Shown here one piece after another: positions 61,536 to 64,000 of a stretch of DNA of 64,000 nucleotides. The number at the start of each line of letters is the position of its first letter. Within the stretch, counting starts at the first letter, position 1. The notes below the pieces were generated by a model. That model had not been told where the DNA came from and searched no databases. It saw nothing but the letters and a program-made list of their open reading frames with translations. The position numbers and the translations under genes were made by a program. The DNA is from Anaerolineae bacterium (lineage in GTDB: Bacteria > Chloroflexota > Anaerolineae > B4-G1 > SLSP01): the NCBI GenBank assembly GCA_026991395.1, contig JALXBP010000117.1, positions 29,458 through 93,457 on the forward strand, in the 5' to 3' direction.

Positions 61536-62233
61536 TGGGCGACGAAGGCTGGGCACCCCTGCCGGATGAACGAAAGCCGCCGAGCACCAATCCCTTCGTC
61601 ATCCTCTGGGAAAGCCTCAAGTGTTTTTACGATGAGCTGTACCCGCTGATGCTGGGCGGAACCATCGCCTTCGTCGCCTCACTGCTCATCGTGCCCGGCC
61701 CTTTCGCCATAGCGGGGCTGTGGTACCTGGCCCGGCAGGCCCGCGATGGTCGAGAGACGACGCTGCGGGTATTCTGGGAAGGGGCCAAGAGCTACGGCTG
61801 GCGTAACTGGCTCAACGTTCTCGTCGGCGCCGGCGGTTTCGCCCTCCTCCTGCTCAACATCTGGTTCTACAACAACCCGCAGGTCTCGCCGATCCCGCCC
61901 GTCTATGCCCGCTGGCTCACCCTGGCCTGGCTGATCCTGCTCTACCTCTGGAGCGGTCTCTGCTTCTTCCTCCTTCCCTTCCAGCTCGAAATGGAAAGGC
62001 CCGCCTTTTGGGACAGTCTGAAGAAGGCGCTCTTCCTCGTCCTCCTCTTTCCCTTCCACTGGCTGCTCTGGCTGATCGTGGAGGCCGGTTTACTCTACCT
62101 GTCGCTGCGCATGCCGCCTCTCCTCATCGTCGCGCTGCCTTTCACCGCCGTGCTGAGCATGCTCGCAGTGAAGGCGCTCATCGAGGAAGTACGGCGACGA
62201 CAGGCCGCCAGAGAGGTGGCGGAGGACAGCTAA
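61535..62233 (+). CDS. small polytopic membrane protein (DUF624/YesL-like)
   Basis: 232 aa; 4-5 TM helices; TGATG coupling to the upstream gene. Family assignment is tentative. Confidence 0.5.
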   Translation: MGDEGWAPLPDERKPPSTNPFVILWESLKCFYDELYPLMLGGTIAFVASLLIVPGPFAIAGLWYLARQARDGRETTLRVFWEGAKSYGWRNWLNVLVGAGGFALLLLNIWFYNNPQVSPIPPVYARWLTLAWLILLYLWSGLCFFLLPFQLEMERPAFWDSLKKALFLVLLFPFHWLLWLIVEAGLLYLSLRMPPLLIVALPFTAVLSMLAVKALIEEVRRRQAAREVAEDS

Positions 62234-63000
62234 CGTCGCCGACGGGCGGCGGCGAAGAGGAAAACGGCAGCGGCGACGGCCGCATTGAGCGAATCCACCC
62301 CCTCGCGGAGCGGGATGTGCGTCCGATGGCCGGCAGCAAGCGCCCGCCCCTCCTCGCTCGCGCCGCTGGCCTCCCCGCCAACGACGAGGGCCACGTTGCC
62401 CCGCCAATCCACCGCATCGTAAGGCTTTCCGGCACGCGCCTCCGCCAGCCAGACGGTCGCCCCGTCGAGGTGGTGCCGAATGGCCTCCCAGTCCATCACC
62501 CGCCAGGGCAGATGGAAATGCGCTCCCATCGCGGCGCGGACGACCTTCGGATTGGTCGGGTCAACGGTTTCCGGCGGGATGAGCACCCGATCCACACCGG
62601 CGGCCCAAGCGGTGCGCAAGATGGTGCCCAGGTTGCCGGGGTCGCGCACACGGTCCGGAATGAGGGTGAACACCTCCCCCTGCGGTAGCGGGAGCCGGGG
62701 CACGGGGACGACGGCGAGGATGCCCTGGGGGCTTTGGGTATCGGCCATAGCCGTCATCACCGCCCGGCTGACCGGCCATGCCGCGCCTCGATGATGCCGA
62801 AGGAGGGCTGCCCCCTCCGCCGTTTCGGCAAAAGCCTCCGTGTAGAAGAGCGCCTCCGGCTGCACTACCCGCAGCGCTTCGGCAACCAGGCGGCGGCCCT
62901 CGACGACCATCAGCCCCTCGATGCGACGACGGCGGGCACGGCGTCGAAGACGCTGCACCCGCCGCACCCATTCGTTCTGCGGACTGGTGATCGCTCTCAC
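62230..63000 (-). CDS. TrmH/SpoU-family RNA 2'-O-methyltransferase
   Basis: 256 aa, GTG start; SpoU motifs (DPGNLGTILRTAWAAGVD; VALVVGGEASG; IPLREGVDSLNAAVAAAVFLF). Confidence 0.8.
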   Translation of the reverse strand: MRAITSPQNEWVRRVQRLRRRARRRRIEGLMVVEGRRLVAEALRVVQPEALFYTEAFAETAEGAALLRHHRGAAWPVSRAVMTAMADTQSPQGILAVVPVPRLPLPQGEVFTLIPDRVRDPGNLGTILRTAWAAGVDRVLIPPETVDPTNPKVVRAAMGAHFHLPWRVMDWEAIRHHLDGATVWLAEARAGKPYDAVDWRGNVALVVGGEASGASEEGRALAAGHRTHIPLREGVDSLNAAVAAAVFLFAAARRRR

Positions 63001-63687
63001 TCAGGGCTGGGCCGGAATGCGGATCTGCTGCCCTACGATGAGGAAATTGGGGTTGACGATCCCGTTGTACTGCGCCAGGTAAAGGTAGCTCATATTGTAC
63101 TTCAGCGCGATGCGGAAGAGGTTGTCCCCCGGCTGGACGGTGTAGATGGTCTCTCCTGCCGTGCTGCCGCCACTTGCGCTCCCCTCCGCCGATGTGGAGG
63201 TGGGGATGACCAACTTTTGCCCGACCCAGATCAGCGCCGGATTCGTGATGCCGTTGGCCTGCGCGATGGCCTCGACCGTCGTCCCGTAGCGCAGCGCGAT
63301 GCGGAAGAGGTTCTCCCCGGCCTGCACGATGTGGATCGGTTCACCGTTCGGCCCGGTTTCCGCCGTCGTCGTCGCCACGGCCGTCGCCGTCGGCTCGGCG
63401 GTCGGCTCCACCGTTGGCTCCTCCGTCGGCTCCGCCGTAAGCTCAGGGGTCGTCTCGACAGTCATCACGGCCGTCGCCTCGACCGTCAGCGGGGGGGCCT
63501 CGGTCGTCGGCTCGGGGGTTACGATGGGCGAGGTTGCTCCCGCTTGGGCCTCGGTATTCGACTCTGCCTCCTGTGCCATCTGCTCCGAGAGAGGGACATT
63601 CCCGACGGCCCGACGGTTGCATCCCGCCAGCGGCAGCGTGAGAAGTACGGCCAGCACGAGCAGGGCTAAAGCTTTCGTTTTCATCAT
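63001..63687 (-). CDS. LysM-domain lipoprotein (two LysM repeats)
   Basis: Start taken at MMKTKALALLVLAVLLTLPLAGC (lipobox). PTEEPT linker; two LysM modules (IHIVQAGENLFRIALRYGTTVEAIAQANGI...; YTVQPGDNLFRIALKYNMSYLYLAQYNGI...). Confidence 0.75.
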   Translation of the reverse strand: MMKTKALALLVLAVLLTLPLAGCNRRAVGNVPLSEQMAQEAESNTEAQAGATSPIVTPEPTTEAPPLTVEATAVMTVETTPELTAEPTEEPTVEPTAEPTATAVATTTAETGPNGEPIHIVQAGENLFRIALRYGTTVEAIAQANGITNPALIWVGQKLVIPTSTSAEGSASGGSTAGETIYTVQPGDNLFRIALKYNMSYLYLAQYNGIVNPNFLIVGQQIRIPAQP

Positions 63688-63773
63688 CCACTCCTTTCTG
63701 TGTGAGCTCATCATCATTATAGCCGGGCGTTGGTTTTATGGCAAGAAAGTTGCCCCCACCCTCTCTTGCGGCC

Positions 63774-64000
63774 TCACCCGGCTGCTTCCCCGGCCAGGCC
63801 GAGGCCTTCGGCGATGGCCTGCATCGCCTCGAGGACGATGGCGATGTGCGTATTCAGGTCAACGCCCAGCAGCCTCGCGCCTTCCTCCATATCCTCGCGG
63901 CGTGCGCCGCGGGCGAAGCTCTTGTCCTTCCACTTCTTCTTCACCGACTTGACTTTGACGTCGCGGATATTCTTGCTCGGACGCACCAGCGCCACGGCGG
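63774..64000 (-). CDS. hypothetical protein, 3' portion only (N-terminus beyond window)
   Basis: Open frame ...VKSVKKKWKDKSFARGARREDMEEGARLLGVDLNTHIAIVLEAMQAIAEGLGLAGEAAG running off the window end. Confidence 0.35.
   Translation of the reverse strand, partial: AVALVRPSKNIRDVKVKSVKKKWKDKSFARGARREDMEEGARLLGVDLNTHIAIVLEAMQAIAEGLGLAGEAAG

Overview
This 64 kb window is high-GC (about 70%) bacterial chromosome with no composition islands. About 60 coding genes are packed tightly, and many have ATGA/TGATG stop-start overlaps. No rRNA, tRNA, CRISPR or obvious mobile element was found.

Core housekeeping genes: tmk, sufCBD, adk, rnhA, eno, rpoB, tsaD, miaB, a TrmH-family methyltransferase and an RlmI-like methyltransferase. 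A stand-alone rpoB without rpoC downstream and the protein repertoire suggest a Chloroflexota-like (Thermomicrobia-type) organism. This is an inference.

Accessory content worth attention:
1. An ECF sigma/anti-sigma pair followed by an orphan Flp-type pilin gene that has its own strong promoter and terminator. Immediately after it comes a translationally coupled cluster: polyprenyl-phosphate-sugar synthase (GT2), methyltransferase, and four GT-C-like polytopic membrane proteins (PIG-V-like, DUF2079, two paralogues). This is a candidate lipid-linked glycosylation system, possibly acting on the pilin.
2. A feoABC iron-uptake locus followed by a 1169-aa AfsR-like SARP/NB-ARC/TPR regulator. After that is a 769-aa secreted fibre-like protein (conserved fibre N-domain, Gly-rich beta-roll-like repeats with a 279-bp perfect tandem duplication, and a C-terminal YVTN beta-propeller) flanked by two small ORFs.
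3. An ATP-cone-fused uridine-kinase-family protein.
4. A TolB-like/polysaccharide-lyase-like lipoprotein next to rpoB.
5. A 1487-aa multi-GAF/PAS sensor kinase plus a hybrid kinase, followed by an orphan PhnE-like permease with a long N-terminal extension.

Several sigma70-type promoters (TTGACA-16-TATNNT class), one probable leaderless mRNA (miaB) and several GC-rich hairpin terminators are visible. Many long ORFs in the supplied track are antisense shadow ORFs typical of GC-rich DNA and were discarded.
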